Source: Trichormus sp. ATA11-4-KO1
Lineage (GTDB): Bacteria > Cyanobacteriota > Cyanobacteriia > Cyanobacteriales > Nostocaceae
Direction: 5' to 3'
Assembly: GCA_019358915.1 (NCBI GenBank)
Contig: JAHHIM010000006.1
Coordinates: 107,340-171,339, forward strand
Length of the DNA: 64,000 nt
Positions 47,712 to 57,118 of this stretch are shown here, one piece after another. Position 1 is the stretch's first letter. The number at the start of each line of letters is the position of its first letter. A program made the translations under genes and the position numbers. The notes below the pieces were generated by a model, which saw only the letters and a list, made by a program, of their open reading frames with translations, did not search any database and was not told where the DNA came from.

Positions 47712-47816
47712 ATCAGAGGATCATCCCTCGAACCTCGAACCTCTGACTTCTGACTTTGTTGAAGTTTAATATAGGCATCAGTTAAATTTATTTAAAAGTG
47801 GGAAATCAAAAATCAA

Positions 47817-49172
47817 ATGCAAGTACCCAATCAGCTGAAAACCCCCTCTGTTCTCCAGAGATTCCAATGGGTTGTTGACCCTGTAGGATATATGGAAAAT
47901 GCAGTTCAGCAATATCCTGATATTTTCACAGCGAATGTAATTGGTACTGGAAACGGCTTAGTATTTGTGAACCATCCCCAAGCAGTGCAAGAAATTTTAA
48001 CTAACGATCGCAAAAAATTTGCCGCCTTGGGTGAGAACAACAAAATTTTAAAACCCTTAGTTGGCGACTATTCAGTTTTTATGCTGGAAGGCGATCGCCA
48101 TCGTCAGCGGCGTCAGCTAGTTATGCCTTCTTTTCATGGCGATCGGATGCGAAACTACGGTGAGTTAATTCGCAGTATTACAGAAAAAGTCTGGAGTCAG
48201 TTACCGACAGATCAAACATTTACGGCTCGTAACGCCACACAAGATATTTCCTTGCAAGTGATCTTACAGGCTGTCTTCGGTGTGTATGAGGGAGAACATA
48301 GCCAACAATTGAGAAAACAACTAGCATTAATAGCGGATCTATTTCGCTCACCTGTCACTTCTAGTTTTCTATTTTTTACTTTTCTGCAAAAGGATTTAGG
48401 AAATTGGAGTCCTTGGGGCAAGTTTTTAAGGGATAGGCAGCAACTTGACGAATTGCTCTATGCTGAAATTGCTAAACGCCGAGAGCAGAACGATGCAGAT
48501 CGTATTGATATCCTCTCCTTGTTGATGTCGGCTCAAGATGAAGGCGGAAACTCCATGACAGACCAAGAGTTACACGACGAGTTGATGACTCTGCTGTTTG
48601 CTGGGTACGAAACCACCGCCACAGCAATGGCTTGGGCATTATATTGGATTCACAAGAAACCCGAAGTCCGGGAAAAACTGTTGCAAGAACTAGATACCCT
48701 TGGTGACCTATCAGACCCGATGAGCATTTTCCGGTTGCCTTATCTTACGGCTGTTTGTAATGAAACCTTGCGAATTCATCCTGTGGCGATGTTGACGTTT
48801 CCTAGGGTAGTACAAGAACCTGTGGAACTTCTAGGACATTCTTTAGAGCCTGGTACAGCATTGGCAGGCTGTATGTATCTGACTCACCAGCGTGAGGATT
48901 TATATCCAGAACCAAAGCAGTTCAAACCAGAGCGGTTTCTCGAACGTCAATTTTCTCCCTATGAATTTATGCCTTTTGGTGGTGGTGTCCGGCGCTGTTT
49001 GGGTGAGGCTTTGGCTGTGTTTGAAATGAAGCTAGTATTAGCAACTATTATGTCACGCTATGAACTCGCACTAGCTGACCATCAACCAGAAGTACCTCGC
49101 CGCAGAGGTGTCACCCTGGCACCTGCCCGTGGTGTGAAGATGGTAATTAAACAGAGGCGATCGCAACCATAA
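47817..49172 (+). CDS. Cytochrome P450 (CYP110-like)
   Basis: AGYETT, ETLR, PERF and the FGGGVRRCLG heme motif. Confidence 0.95.
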   Translation: MQVPNQLKTPSVLQRFQWVVDPVGYMENAVQQYPDIFTANVIGTGNGLVFVNHPQAVQEILTNDRKKFAALGENNKILKPLVGDYSVFMLEGDRHRQRRQLVMPSFHGDRMRNYGELIRSITEKVWSQLPTDQTFTARNATQDISLQVILQAVFGVYEGEHSQQLRKQLALIADLFRSPVTSSFLFFTFLQKDLGNWSPWGKFLRDRQQLDELLYAEIAKRREQNDADRIDILSLLMSAQDEGGNSMTDQELHDELMTLLFAGYETTATAMAWALYWIHKKPEVREKLLQELDTLGDLSDPMSIFRLPYLTAVCNETLRIHPVAMLTFPRVVQEPVELLGHSLEPGTALAGCMYLTHQREDLYPEPKQFKPERFLERQFSPYEFMPFGGGVRRCLGEALAVFEMKLVLATIMSRYELALADHQPEVPRRRGVTLAPARGVKMVIKQRRSQP

Positions 49173-49186
49173 TCTCCACTACTGGT

Positions 49187-49723
49187 TTACTCAAATACTG
49201 GCGACCATAATTCAGTAACTGGTACTTCCCAACCAGGTAGCAAGTCAGGAACTCTTAACACATCGCCGTCTTGTAAGATAACAGGGGTTTGCTCGTGTCG
49301 TCGAATTTCCACGGTGCGATCTTCTGGATTGACCAAAATCCCCACAATCGTACCTTGAGCTAAGAACTCGTCAATTTTATCCCGCAGATCATCAATATTA
49401 TCAGTCGGAGATTTTACCTCAACCATTAGATCAGGGGGAATGGTGGCGTAACCGCGAGGAGAACGGGGAAGACGTTCGGCGCGGATAAACGAAACATCAG
49501 GAGCGCGGGTATTGGCGAGACGAAACCCGGCGCTAGACCCTGTAATGCGTCCAAGTTGACGAGGTTCGACCCAATTCCACAGTTTCCCCCCTACCCGAAA
49601 GGCCACCTCATCAGACTCATAGCCAGAAGGACTCATAACAATAATTTTTCCATCAACTAGCTCCAGCCGATAGTCTGGATAATGCGCTTGCATGTTCTCT
49701 AAATCTTCGACGGTAAGTGACAT
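49187..49723 (-). CDS. Uma2 family endonuclease-like protein
   Basis: ELVDGKIIVMSP, RAPDVSF, PDLMVEVKSP and PDLLPGW motifs. Confidence 0.9.
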   Translation of the reverse strand: MSLTVEDLENMQAHYPDYRLELVDGKIIVMSPSGYESDEVAFRVGGKLWNWVEPRQLGRITGSSAGFRLANTRAPDVSFIRAERLPRSPRGYATIPPDLMVEVKSPTDNIDDLRDKIDEFLAQGTIVGILVNPEDRTVEIRRHEQTPVILQDGDVLRVPDLLPGWEVPVTELWSPVFE

Positions 49724-49958
49724 ATTGCCTCCAACCGATAATCTCCTTTTCTGCATTTATTGTGCCATTGTTTCCAGGTAATAGGATTTTAAGGTATTGT
49801 CTTGATTAGATCAGGAAATATCTTTAATCAACAACTGATGACCAGATATAACAATTAGTTATAGGCATAAATTTGTAAAACAACAGCGATCGCTCTATGC
49901 GAATGAGGGTCATTGCTCATACATTAAAAAAGAGCCTTTTGCATAGGTAAACCCCACC

Positions 49959-51596
49959 ATGAAACGAACCAGGAAGTCTTTGCTGCTAGCCTTGAACTGG
50001 GTGTTGCTTTCATTTGGCACATCACTGTTGATTATTCTGACACAACCAATAGCACCTGTTCCCGCACAAGAACCTGCTGAATCTGTAATTATTGAGACGA
50101 CGAAAGAATCCCCATCAGCACCTCAAGTACAAACAATACCCACTCCTGAAACTAACGATTCCCAGTCGCCAGAAGTTCAAACTGAAGAAACCCCACAATC
50201 AGAGTCGGTGGAGGAAGAACCTGCACCCAGTCCTGAGGAGATTGCTCGTCAGCAAAAACTCATAGAAGCGGATCAGCTTTATTTGGCAGGACAAATCGCC
50301 GCCGCAGAAAAACTTTATCGAGAGGTAAAAGAACCTTTTAGCAAAACAGTTACAGACCAGGAACGTAAAGCAGCAATACTTGACCCCACCCAACTTTCCC
50401 CAGCAGGTAAGGTTTATTGGCGGGAATCAGAGGCGGGAATTGCCAATAAGTTGCAAACCAGAACTATGGTTCCACTGCAACTATTAGTTGAGCAGTATCC
50501 AGAGTTTATCCCCGGTCATATTCGATTTGCCGAAGTACTCAAACAATACGATCGCTCCAAAGCAGCATTAGATGTCTTAGAACGTGCAGCTTCGCTTTAC
50601 CCCAATCAACCAACACTAATTAAAGCCAGAATCAGCGCTCTGGCTGAGGAAAAAAAATGGATGGAAGCATCTTTGGCGGCGCGTCAGTTTGCTCTTCTCA
50701 ACCCGAATGACCCCCAAGCACCTGAATTCGCCAATTTAGCAGAAGTTAATCTTAAGCGCTTCAAATCTCACATCCGTTCTGAGATTAGAGGTAATACTCT
50801 GGCAAATATTATCACAGGTGCATTAGGTTACGCCGTTACTGGCAGTCTTCTCGGCCCGTTTTCTGCCCTGGACTCGACAATCCTGCTGTTACAAGGTGAA
50901 GAAGCTATCGGCGAGTCGGTAGCAAAACAGGCAAAAAGACAGTTGAATTTAATAGAAGACGAAACTGTTACAGCCTACGTCAATGAAATCGGCCAAAAAC
51001 TTGTCAAAGTAGCAGGACGCGAAGAATTTAAATATGAATTTTTTGTAATTCCTCAAGAAAGTCTCAACGCTTTTGCTTTACCTGGAGGCAAAATCTTTAT
51101 TAATGCAGGTGCGATCGCTAAAACAAATTCAGAAGCAGAATTAGCTGGATTAGTTGGTCATGAATTAGCTCATACAGTTCTATCTCATGGTTTTCAATTA
51201 GTTACTCAAGGAAACCTCATTGCTAATGTTACCCAATATCTCCCTTTAGGTGGCACTATTGGTCAACTGTTTGCACTCAGTTACAGCCGTGATATGGAAC
51301 GTCAGGCTGATAATCTCGGTACGCGTTTGATTGTGGCTAGCGGCTACGCTGCTGACGGTTTGCGTAACTTAATGGTGACCTTAGAAAAACAACAAAAAAC
51401 CGCTATTCCCCGTTGGTTATCTTCACACCCAGGCGGTAGCGAAAGAGTTAGTTATTTAGAAAACTTGATTACTCGTGGTAGCTACAACCGCTACACCTAT
51501 GAAGGAGTCGAGCGACATACACAAGTACAAGCACGAGTGAAACAGTTACTGAAAGAGAAGAAAGCACAAGCACAAAAAAAGCAGGGTTCTGAATGA
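49959..51596 (+). CDS. M48 family metallopeptidase with a TPR-like region
   Basis: Signal/TM segment; NAFALPGG, HELAH, YSRDMERQAD and LSSHP motifs. Confidence 0.92.
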   Translation: MKRTRKSLLLALNWVLLSFGTSLLIILTQPIAPVPAQEPAESVIIETTKESPSAPQVQTIPTPETNDSQSPEVQTEETPQSESVEEEPAPSPEEIARQQKLIEADQLYLAGQIAAAEKLYREVKEPFSKTVTDQERKAAILDPTQLSPAGKVYWRESEAGIANKLQTRTMVPLQLLVEQYPEFIPGHIRFAEVLKQYDRSKAALDVLERAASLYPNQPTLIKARISALAEEKKWMEASLAARQFALLNPNDPQAPEFANLAEVNLKRFKSHIRSEIRGNTLANIITGALGYAVTGSLLGPFSALDSTILLLQGEEAIGESVAKQAKRQLNLIEDETVTAYVNEIGQKLVKVAGREEFKYEFFVIPQESLNAFALPGGKIFINAGAIAKTNSEAELAGLVGHELAHTVLSHGFQLVTQGNLIANVTQYLPLGGTIGQLFALSYSRDMERQADNLGTRLIVASGYAADGLRNLMVTLEKQQKTAIPRWLSSHPGGSERVSYLENLITRGSYNRYTYEGVERHTQVQARVKQLLKEKKAQAQKKQGSE

Positions 51597-51666
51597 ATCA
51601 AAACAACAAAATTATTCGTCACTTAAACTATCAATTCTTTACCTTCTTTTTGCTGGAGCATAATTT

Positions 51667-52449
51667 ATGTCCTCACAACCCCTAAAGTTTTTATGTTTGA
51701 GCAGTCTGGGCTTATCCTTATTTCTGGGAAATTCTGTAGCCTTGGCTCAATTTGATGACTCTACTACTGGGGATGTTGTCGTACCAACAATCCCATCAGG
51801 TGGTACATCAACCTCACCATTCCCCACAGACACATCAACCGGCACACCCACTTCACCTACTGTCACTAGTGGTACTCGGTTTACCTGTCAGTTTTACAAC
51901 GGTCAGTATACTGTCATGTATCAGCCACAAAATATACCAGGTCAATTCTTTCCCTGGGCAGCTCCTGCGGCTTTAGGTGGTGGTTGGACTCCCCAAAGAC
52001 GTTGTGAAGCGATCGCTAGTCGCTTAGAATTATATCGCCCAGATGGTTTACAAGAACTTCAGACAGGCAGAGAAAATAATGAAAACATTGTCTGCGTCAC
52101 GACTGAAGCTAACTCCTCATGTCGCATTATCTTAACAGTACCACGTGACAAAGACCCCTTTGTTGTCCGCAATGACGTTTTCCAAAACTTGGTTACTGCT
52201 GACAACGGACAGCAGACTGTAGCTGTCAATACTTATGGCGATCGCAATCGGGGAAGTGTAAACGAATTATACAACTTAGGTCGTACACTCCTAGGTGGTG
52301 GCAACAATCGAGTTTCATCATCTCGCAGTGGAATTAACTTGAAACCTTACCTTGCTCCTCAAGATGGCGGTACTCTGCGAAATAGCGGTGCAAGTAACCA
52401 GTCTCAGCCTCAAACCCCTACCCGTCTCAATCCTGGTAATTTCCGGTAA
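51667..52449 (+). CDS. COP23 domain secreted protein
   Basis: Signal peptide; RFTC and GGGWTPQRRCEAIASRL...IVC...C motifs. Confidence 0.8.
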   Translation: MSSQPLKFLCLSSLGLSLFLGNSVALAQFDDSTTGDVVVPTIPSGGTSTSPFPTDTSTGTPTSPTVTSGTRFTCQFYNGQYTVMYQPQNIPGQFFPWAAPAALGGGWTPQRRCEAIASRLELYRPDGLQELQTGRENNENIVCVTTEANSSCRIILTVPRDKDPFVVRNDVFQNLVTADNGQQTVAVNTYGDRNRGSVNELYNLGRTLLGGGNNRVSSSRSGINLKPYLAPQDGGTLRNSGASNQSQPQTPTRLNPGNFR

Positions 52450-52469
52450 TTAATGGTTTATTATTTAAC

Positions 52470-52565
52470 GAATCGCGACCAAGGGGAGCAAGGGTCTAAG
52501 TCCCCCGGTGAAATATTAATTTCACCGGAATTTATTTAGTGGGGGTTTAAATCCCCCACTAAATT
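52470..52565. repeat. Dispersed repeat plus two adjacent palindromes between convergent genes
   Basis: The 36-bp repeat is followed by CCGGTGAAAT/ATTTCACCGG and ATTTAGTGGGGG/TCCCCCACTAAAT hairpins. Confidence 0.75.
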
Positions 52566-52605
52566 CGTTCTTCTTCCTTCTTCCTCCTTCCTTATTTTTT
52601 AAGAA

Positions 52606-54672
52606 TTACGAAAAAGCCTGAATTAATGCCTTTGCTTTCAGAAAAGCTTCCTCAAATTCCGCTTGCGGATCGGATAGCGCGACAATACCACCTCCAATCC
52701 CAATGGAAGTTTTATTGGGAGTCAATAGTGCAGTCCGAATGACAATATTTAAATCTGCCGCACCGTTGAGTGCCAAAAACCCAATTGCACCTGAATAAAC
52801 TCCCCGTGCTTCTTGTTCTAGATTGTCAATAATTTTCATAGTTCTGATTTTAGGCGCACCTGTCATAGAGCCGCCGGGAAATACCATTTTGATGCAGTCA
52901 GTAGCCTTCATATCTGGACGCAAACAACCCCGAATAGTACTGACAAGTTGATGGACTGTTGCATAAGTTTCTACGTCCATCAATTTGGGAACGTGGATGC
53001 TGCCTACTTCACAGACTAGCCCTAAATCATTGCGTAACAAATCCACAATCATCAGATTCTCAGCCCGGTCTTTTTCGCTATTACGCAATTGTTCACGCAG
53101 TATCTTATCTTCTTCGGGAGTCTGACCACGCCTTAAAGTCCCTTTGATAGGCTTAGTTTCCACCCACCCTGCACAATCAATCTTCAAGAATCGTTCCGGA
53201 GACGAACAGGCAATAGCAATGTCACCAAAGCGCAGAAATGCTGCATGAGGGGCTGGATTAACTCGGCGTAAGGTGCGATAAAACGTCAGTGGATCAGGGG
53301 TAGTGTCTGTATAAAGTTTATTAGTCAGACAAATTTGATAACTTTCCCCCTCCTTAATTTCATGCAGGCACTTTTGAATATCATCTATGTAAGTTTGGTG
53401 AGAACGGCTGAAGCGAAAGATAATAGGTTCTTTGCTATCCCTCGGTACAAGAGGAGGAAGGGGAGCTAATGTGCAAAGTTGTTTCTCTATTGACTCAAAC
53501 CAAGCTTGTGCCTGTGTAGTTTGATGCTTGTTAATGAGGCATACCAAATAAGTAGCTTGTTCTTGGTGGTCGAAGACAATTATTTGATCAGCTAAGATAA
53601 ACATTGCATCAGGAAGCGATGCCAGATGCACTAGCTCAGATCCGCACTCTGCCTTGAGTTCATAACCGAAGTAGCCAACAAACCCACAGTTAAAATCGCA
53701 AGGTAATTCATCAGACTGGCAGTGTCGGTGATTAAGTTCACGTTTGAGATAGTCAAAAATACTTTCTGTGCTGCGTCTGACTGTACCTGACTGAGTGATA
53801 GTCAGTTCTCTAGTTTGAGTACGATACTGAACCAGTAAACTATTTAAACCACCACTTCCTCCCATAAAAGAGAAGCGAGAAAGACCAGGCTCAACTAAGC
53901 TACTGTCGAGCCAAAAGGCGTTGGTTTCTGACCCAAACAGATCGACAAACACTTGTTCTGCATCAGGATAGATATCCAGTTTTTTACTGCAAATTTGGTA
54001 TTGGGGATGAGAATAGGCAGGGGAGCAGGGGGGCAGGGGAGCAGGGGGGCAGAGGAGATTACTAGTATAATTTTTTGTTGATTGCTTCTGAGCAAATTGC
54101 CGAGTAATGTTTTGGAAGTTTTCTAAAAGGTTCCATCCGTATTCAGTACAGATAGATTCAGGATGAAACTGCACACCCCAAAACGGTAAATGTCGATGGC
54201 GCAATCCCATAACCAGTCCTTCTTCAGTCCAAGCTACTTTTTCTAGACAACTAGGTAACTCTTCGGCAACTATGAGGGAGTGGTAGCGCACCACAGAAAA
54301 GCAATTGGGAATGCCCTGAAATAATTCAGAACCATTGTGATAAATTTTACTGAATCTTCCGTGTCTAACTTCCGGTGCATGAATTACAGTTCCGCCATAT
54401 AAATAGGCAAGTCCTTGATGGCCGAGACACACACCAAGTAGGGGTACATTTACTTTTTGGATGACTTCTCGGCAAACACCGAAGTCTTGAGCTTTTTCCG
54501 GACGACCGGGACCGGGAGAAATGACAATATTATCGAACGTCAGTTTAGTTATGTCGTCCCAGTTAAGTTGATCATTGCGAATCACCAGGGGAAGTTGTCC
54601 ATTTACTTGGGCGATCATCTGATATAGGTTAAATGTATAAGAATCGTAGTTATCGATGATCAGCGTTTGCAC
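52606..54672 (-). CDS. pabAB: Fused aminodeoxychorismate synthase (PabA glutamine amidotransferase plus PabB)
   Basis: IDNYDSYTFN, SPGPG, GVCLGHQ and QFHPES (PabA); SSPERF, PIKGT, ENLMIVDLLRND and PGGSMTGAPK (PabB). Confidence 0.9.
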   Translation of the reverse strand: MQTLIIDNYDSYTFNLYQMIAQVNGQLPLVIRNDQLNWDDITKLTFDNIVISPGPGRPEKAQDFGVCREVIQKVNVPLLGVCLGHQGLAYLYGGTVIHAPEVRHGRFSKIYHNGSELFQGIPNCFSVVRYHSLIVAEELPSCLEKVAWTEEGLVMGLRHRHLPFWGVQFHPESICTEYGWNLLENFQNITRQFAQKQSTKNYTSNLLCPPAPLPPCSPAYSHPQYQICSKKLDIYPDAEQVFVDLFGSETNAFWLDSSLVEPGLSRFSFMGGSGGLNSLLVQYRTQTRELTITQSGTVRRSTESIFDYLKRELNHRHCQSDELPCDFNCGFVGYFGYELKAECGSELVHLASLPDAMFILADQIIVFDHQEQATYLVCLINKHQTTQAQAWFESIEKQLCTLAPLPPLVPRDSKEPIIFRFSRSHQTYIDDIQKCLHEIKEGESYQICLTNKLYTDTTPDPLTFYRTLRRVNPAPHAAFLRFGDIAIACSSPERFLKIDCAGWVETKPIKGTLRRGQTPEEDKILREQLRNSEKDRAENLMIVDLLRNDLGLVCEVGSIHVPKLMDVETYATVHQLVSTIRGCLRPDMKATDCIKMVFPGGSMTGAPKIRTMKIIDNLEQEARGVYSGAIGFLALNGAADLNIVIRTALLTPNKTSIGIGGGIVALSDPQAEFEEAFLKAKALIQAFS

Positions 54673-54710
54673 CTCATACTTCCCCTTTTGATCTATTACC
54701 TGAAGTTAGG

Positions 54711-54747
54711 AAAGGATGAGATGCCTGTGATAGACAACTCATCCTTT
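54711..54747. terminator. Hairpin downstream of ssb
   Basis: AAAGGATGAG...CTCATCCTTT, a 10-bp stem. Confidence 0.5.
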
Positions 54748-54793
54748 ACTTAATTCCACATCAATCAGCTTAAATTATCAGCAACAATGCTGC

Positions 54794-55348
54794 TTAGAAG
54801 GGAATATCATCCGGATCTGGTTCTTGCTCTTTGACTGGTGGATAAGTGGTTCGCTCCAAATTTTGGGGTTGGGGTGTGGGTACGAAGTTTGTCGTCTGAG
54901 GAACTCCGCTAACAGTAGTTGTAGGCGTAGTAGCTACTGGACGTGGTGACTCATAACTGGGAGCCTCGATTTGAGGAGATGGTGGTTGTGAGGAAGTTTC
55001 TGTGAATGTTGGAGTGATAGTTGTCGATAATGATGGGCTGAAACTACTTCCTAAAGATTGAATTTGTTGCACTGTCAATTCAGCCCGTTTTTCTTTAAAA
55101 CCTTCTTGACGCTCAACAGTATGCATCCCTAAGCGTCCTGCTATAATTACGCGATCGCCTTGGTGGTAATTTTGCTGAATTTCTGTAGCTAAATTTCCCC
55201 AACCAACAACTTTCAACGTAACTAACTGCTCTTCTGTGCGTTGAGAGTTGGGAAATTGCACCAGCATTTCTGTGACTGCTAAGTTATCGGCTGTATAGCG
55301 TAGTTGCGGTTCTTGAATGATTTCCGCCATTAAAACGCAGCTATTCAT
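54794..55348 (-). CDS. ssb: Single-stranded DNA-binding protein with Pro/Thr-rich linker and acidic tip
   Basis: MNSCVL..EI..EPQLRYT, VVGWGNLA, GDRV...GRL and C-terminal DDIPF. Confidence 0.88.
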   Translation of the reverse strand: MNSCVLMAEIIQEPQLRYTADNLAVTEMLVQFPNSQRTEEQLVTLKVVGWGNLATEIQQNYHQGDRVIIAGRLGMHTVERQEGFKEKRAELTVQQIQSLGSSFSPSLSTTITPTFTETSSQPPSPQIEAPSYESPRPVATTPTTTVSGVPQTTNFVPTPQPQNLERTTYPPVKEQEPDPDDIPF

Positions 55349-55557
55349 TAAATCCTCCTGACTGGAAAAGGTGCTGAGTGGGAAAGAGGGGTTTTTATTA
55401 CTTAAATTATGTTTAAATTGCCTGAATAAATTTCCTACATACACTTTCAGCTTTGAGTCTTTTTTAGCATAAAAGCCAAGCGATTGCTTTGAACAGCATG
55501 AGGAATGCTGCTTACCACTTTCGCTTGACTAAAACGAGCATTGAATTCTACATGAAT

Positions 55558-55571
55558 AGTATAATTGTACC
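55558..55571. promoter_or_regulatory. Candidate cyanobacterial LexA box upstream of ssb
   Basis: AGTATAATTGTACC has one mismatch to RGTACNNNDGTWCB and lies about 210 nt upstream of the ssb start. Confidence 0.5.
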
Positions 55572-55598
55572 ACTCTACAGTCGAAAAAATACTGGCAA

Positions 55599-56831
55599 TT
55601 AAGTTTGAACGTGAACTGGAAAAATCCCCAAGGCAATCAACCGTGCTGGGAGGTCACGTAAAATCGGCCAGCGCAACCAAGCAGGGGGCTGAAAGGTCTG
55701 TTCTGATCTGAGAGTTGGGGCGAAGACTCGTTTTTGAATGAAAGTCTGAAATGCTTGAATAATGCGTGTAGGTAATTCTCGTTGGCGCTGCACTTTTGCT
55801 AAATCACTCAGTTTTATATGTTTGTCCTTCAGTGGTTGACTTAATACATTCGCCGCCACTACAGCATCTTGGATGGCGTAATTAATACCCACTCCACCAA
55901 CTGGGGACATAATATGAGCCGCATCACCAATAAGTAGCAGTCCCGGACGATACCAGCGTTTGACACGGCTAGACTCGACTGAAAGAAAGGCTACCTGTGA
56001 CCAATCGTGTAAATTTTTTATGCACCTGCTTAAACTTGGCACAACTTCGACAACAGATTTTTTAAATTCCTCCAAGCCAGCAGCACGAATCTGTTGATAA
56101 CCTCCCTTAGGAATAGCATACGCAAGTTGCCACTCATCACCACGGTCAAGCATAGCCACAATGCGACCTTGACCAAAGTTTCCTATTCCTTCCTCTGGAT
56201 CTTCTGGTTGACGAGGGAGACGGAACCACAGGACATCCATTGGCGGTGAAGTACCAACTGACTCAAAACCACCTAATTGCCTGAGCTTTGAGTGGCGACC
56301 ATCTGCACCTACTGTCAATATTGCCCGTACTTCGTGCCAACCCCCGCCTCCCCGATAGCAGACACCTTGAATTACGCCATTTTCTTCAATTAATTCTTGT
56401 ACATTCGCACCCATAACTAAGTGAAAATTCGGATATTTTTGGGCTTCTTGGGTAATGAATTCTAGGAATTTCACCTGAGGCATCATTGTGATGTAGGGAT
56501 AGCGAGTTTTCAGGTGACTAAAATCTGCTAATGTGATGGTATCTTGAGGAGTGCGAATTTTTACACGGTGCATCTTAGCATGGGGTAGTTGCAGCAAGCG
56601 ATCGCTTAACCCCAATTCCTCCATAATTTCCATCGCCGAAGGGTGAATCGTGTCGCCGCGAAAGTCACGATCAAAATCTTTATGTGCTTCCAATAGCATC
56701 ACCGGAATGCCTTGACGTGCTAACAGCAACGCCAAAACCGCTCCAGCCGGGCCACCACCGACAATGCAACAATCTGTAGTTTGTACGTCTACAATTTCAT
56801 GGGTAGGATTTTCAGTTACATAGGTAGTCAT
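55599..56831 (-). CDS. FAD-dependent oxidoreductase/monooxygenase (UbiH-like fold)
   Basis: IVGGGPAG, DFRGDT, GADGRHS and IGDAAHIMSPVGGVGINYAIQD motifs. Confidence 0.9.
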   Translation of the reverse strand: MTTYVTENPTHEIVDVQTTDCCIVGGGPAGAVLALLLARQGIPVMLLEAHKDFDRDFRGDTIHPSAMEIMEELGLSDRLLQLPHAKMHRVKIRTPQDTITLADFSHLKTRYPYITMMPQVKFLEFITQEAQKYPNFHLVMGANVQELIEENGVIQGVCYRGGGGWHEVRAILTVGADGRHSKLRQLGGFESVGTSPPMDVLWFRLPRQPEDPEEGIGNFGQGRIVAMLDRGDEWQLAYAIPKGGYQQIRAAGLEEFKKSVVEVVPSLSRCIKNLHDWSQVAFLSVESSRVKRWYRPGLLLIGDAAHIMSPVGGVGINYAIQDAVVAANVLSQPLKDKHIKLSDLAKVQRQRELPTRIIQAFQTFIQKRVFAPTLRSEQTFQPPAWLRWPILRDLPARLIALGIFPVHVQT

Positions 56832-56849
56832 AACAATACCTATCCTAAA

Positions 56850-56888
56850 AGTGCTGAGTACTGAGTGCTGAGTGCTGAGTACTGAGTG
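56850..56888 (+). repeat. TGCTGAG/TACTGAG heptamer STRR array
   Basis: Five tandem heptamers. Confidence 0.9.
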
Positions 56889-57118
56889 GGTTAATTTTTT
56901 AGTCCCCAGTCCAGAATCCCCATTTACCAGTCTCTATTTCATGACTTGACTGTGAAACTGGTTTCATACTCCATACATCTAGGGTAGTTTGCTTTTTATG
57001 GTTCAAGCTATTTTTTTCACTTTTCGTAGTCACAGGTAACATGTATCATGGTCGCTGAATCTTCTGCTTGGCATCAGCTATTGTTAACTACTAACTATTA
57101 CCGTTACCCCAAATACTC

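Noticed and set aside
52250..55140. HIP1-free stretch over pabAB as evidence of horizontal transfer
   Set aside because: At about 1 site per kb, gaps of 2.3-2.9 kb occur several times in this window, so this is not convincing.
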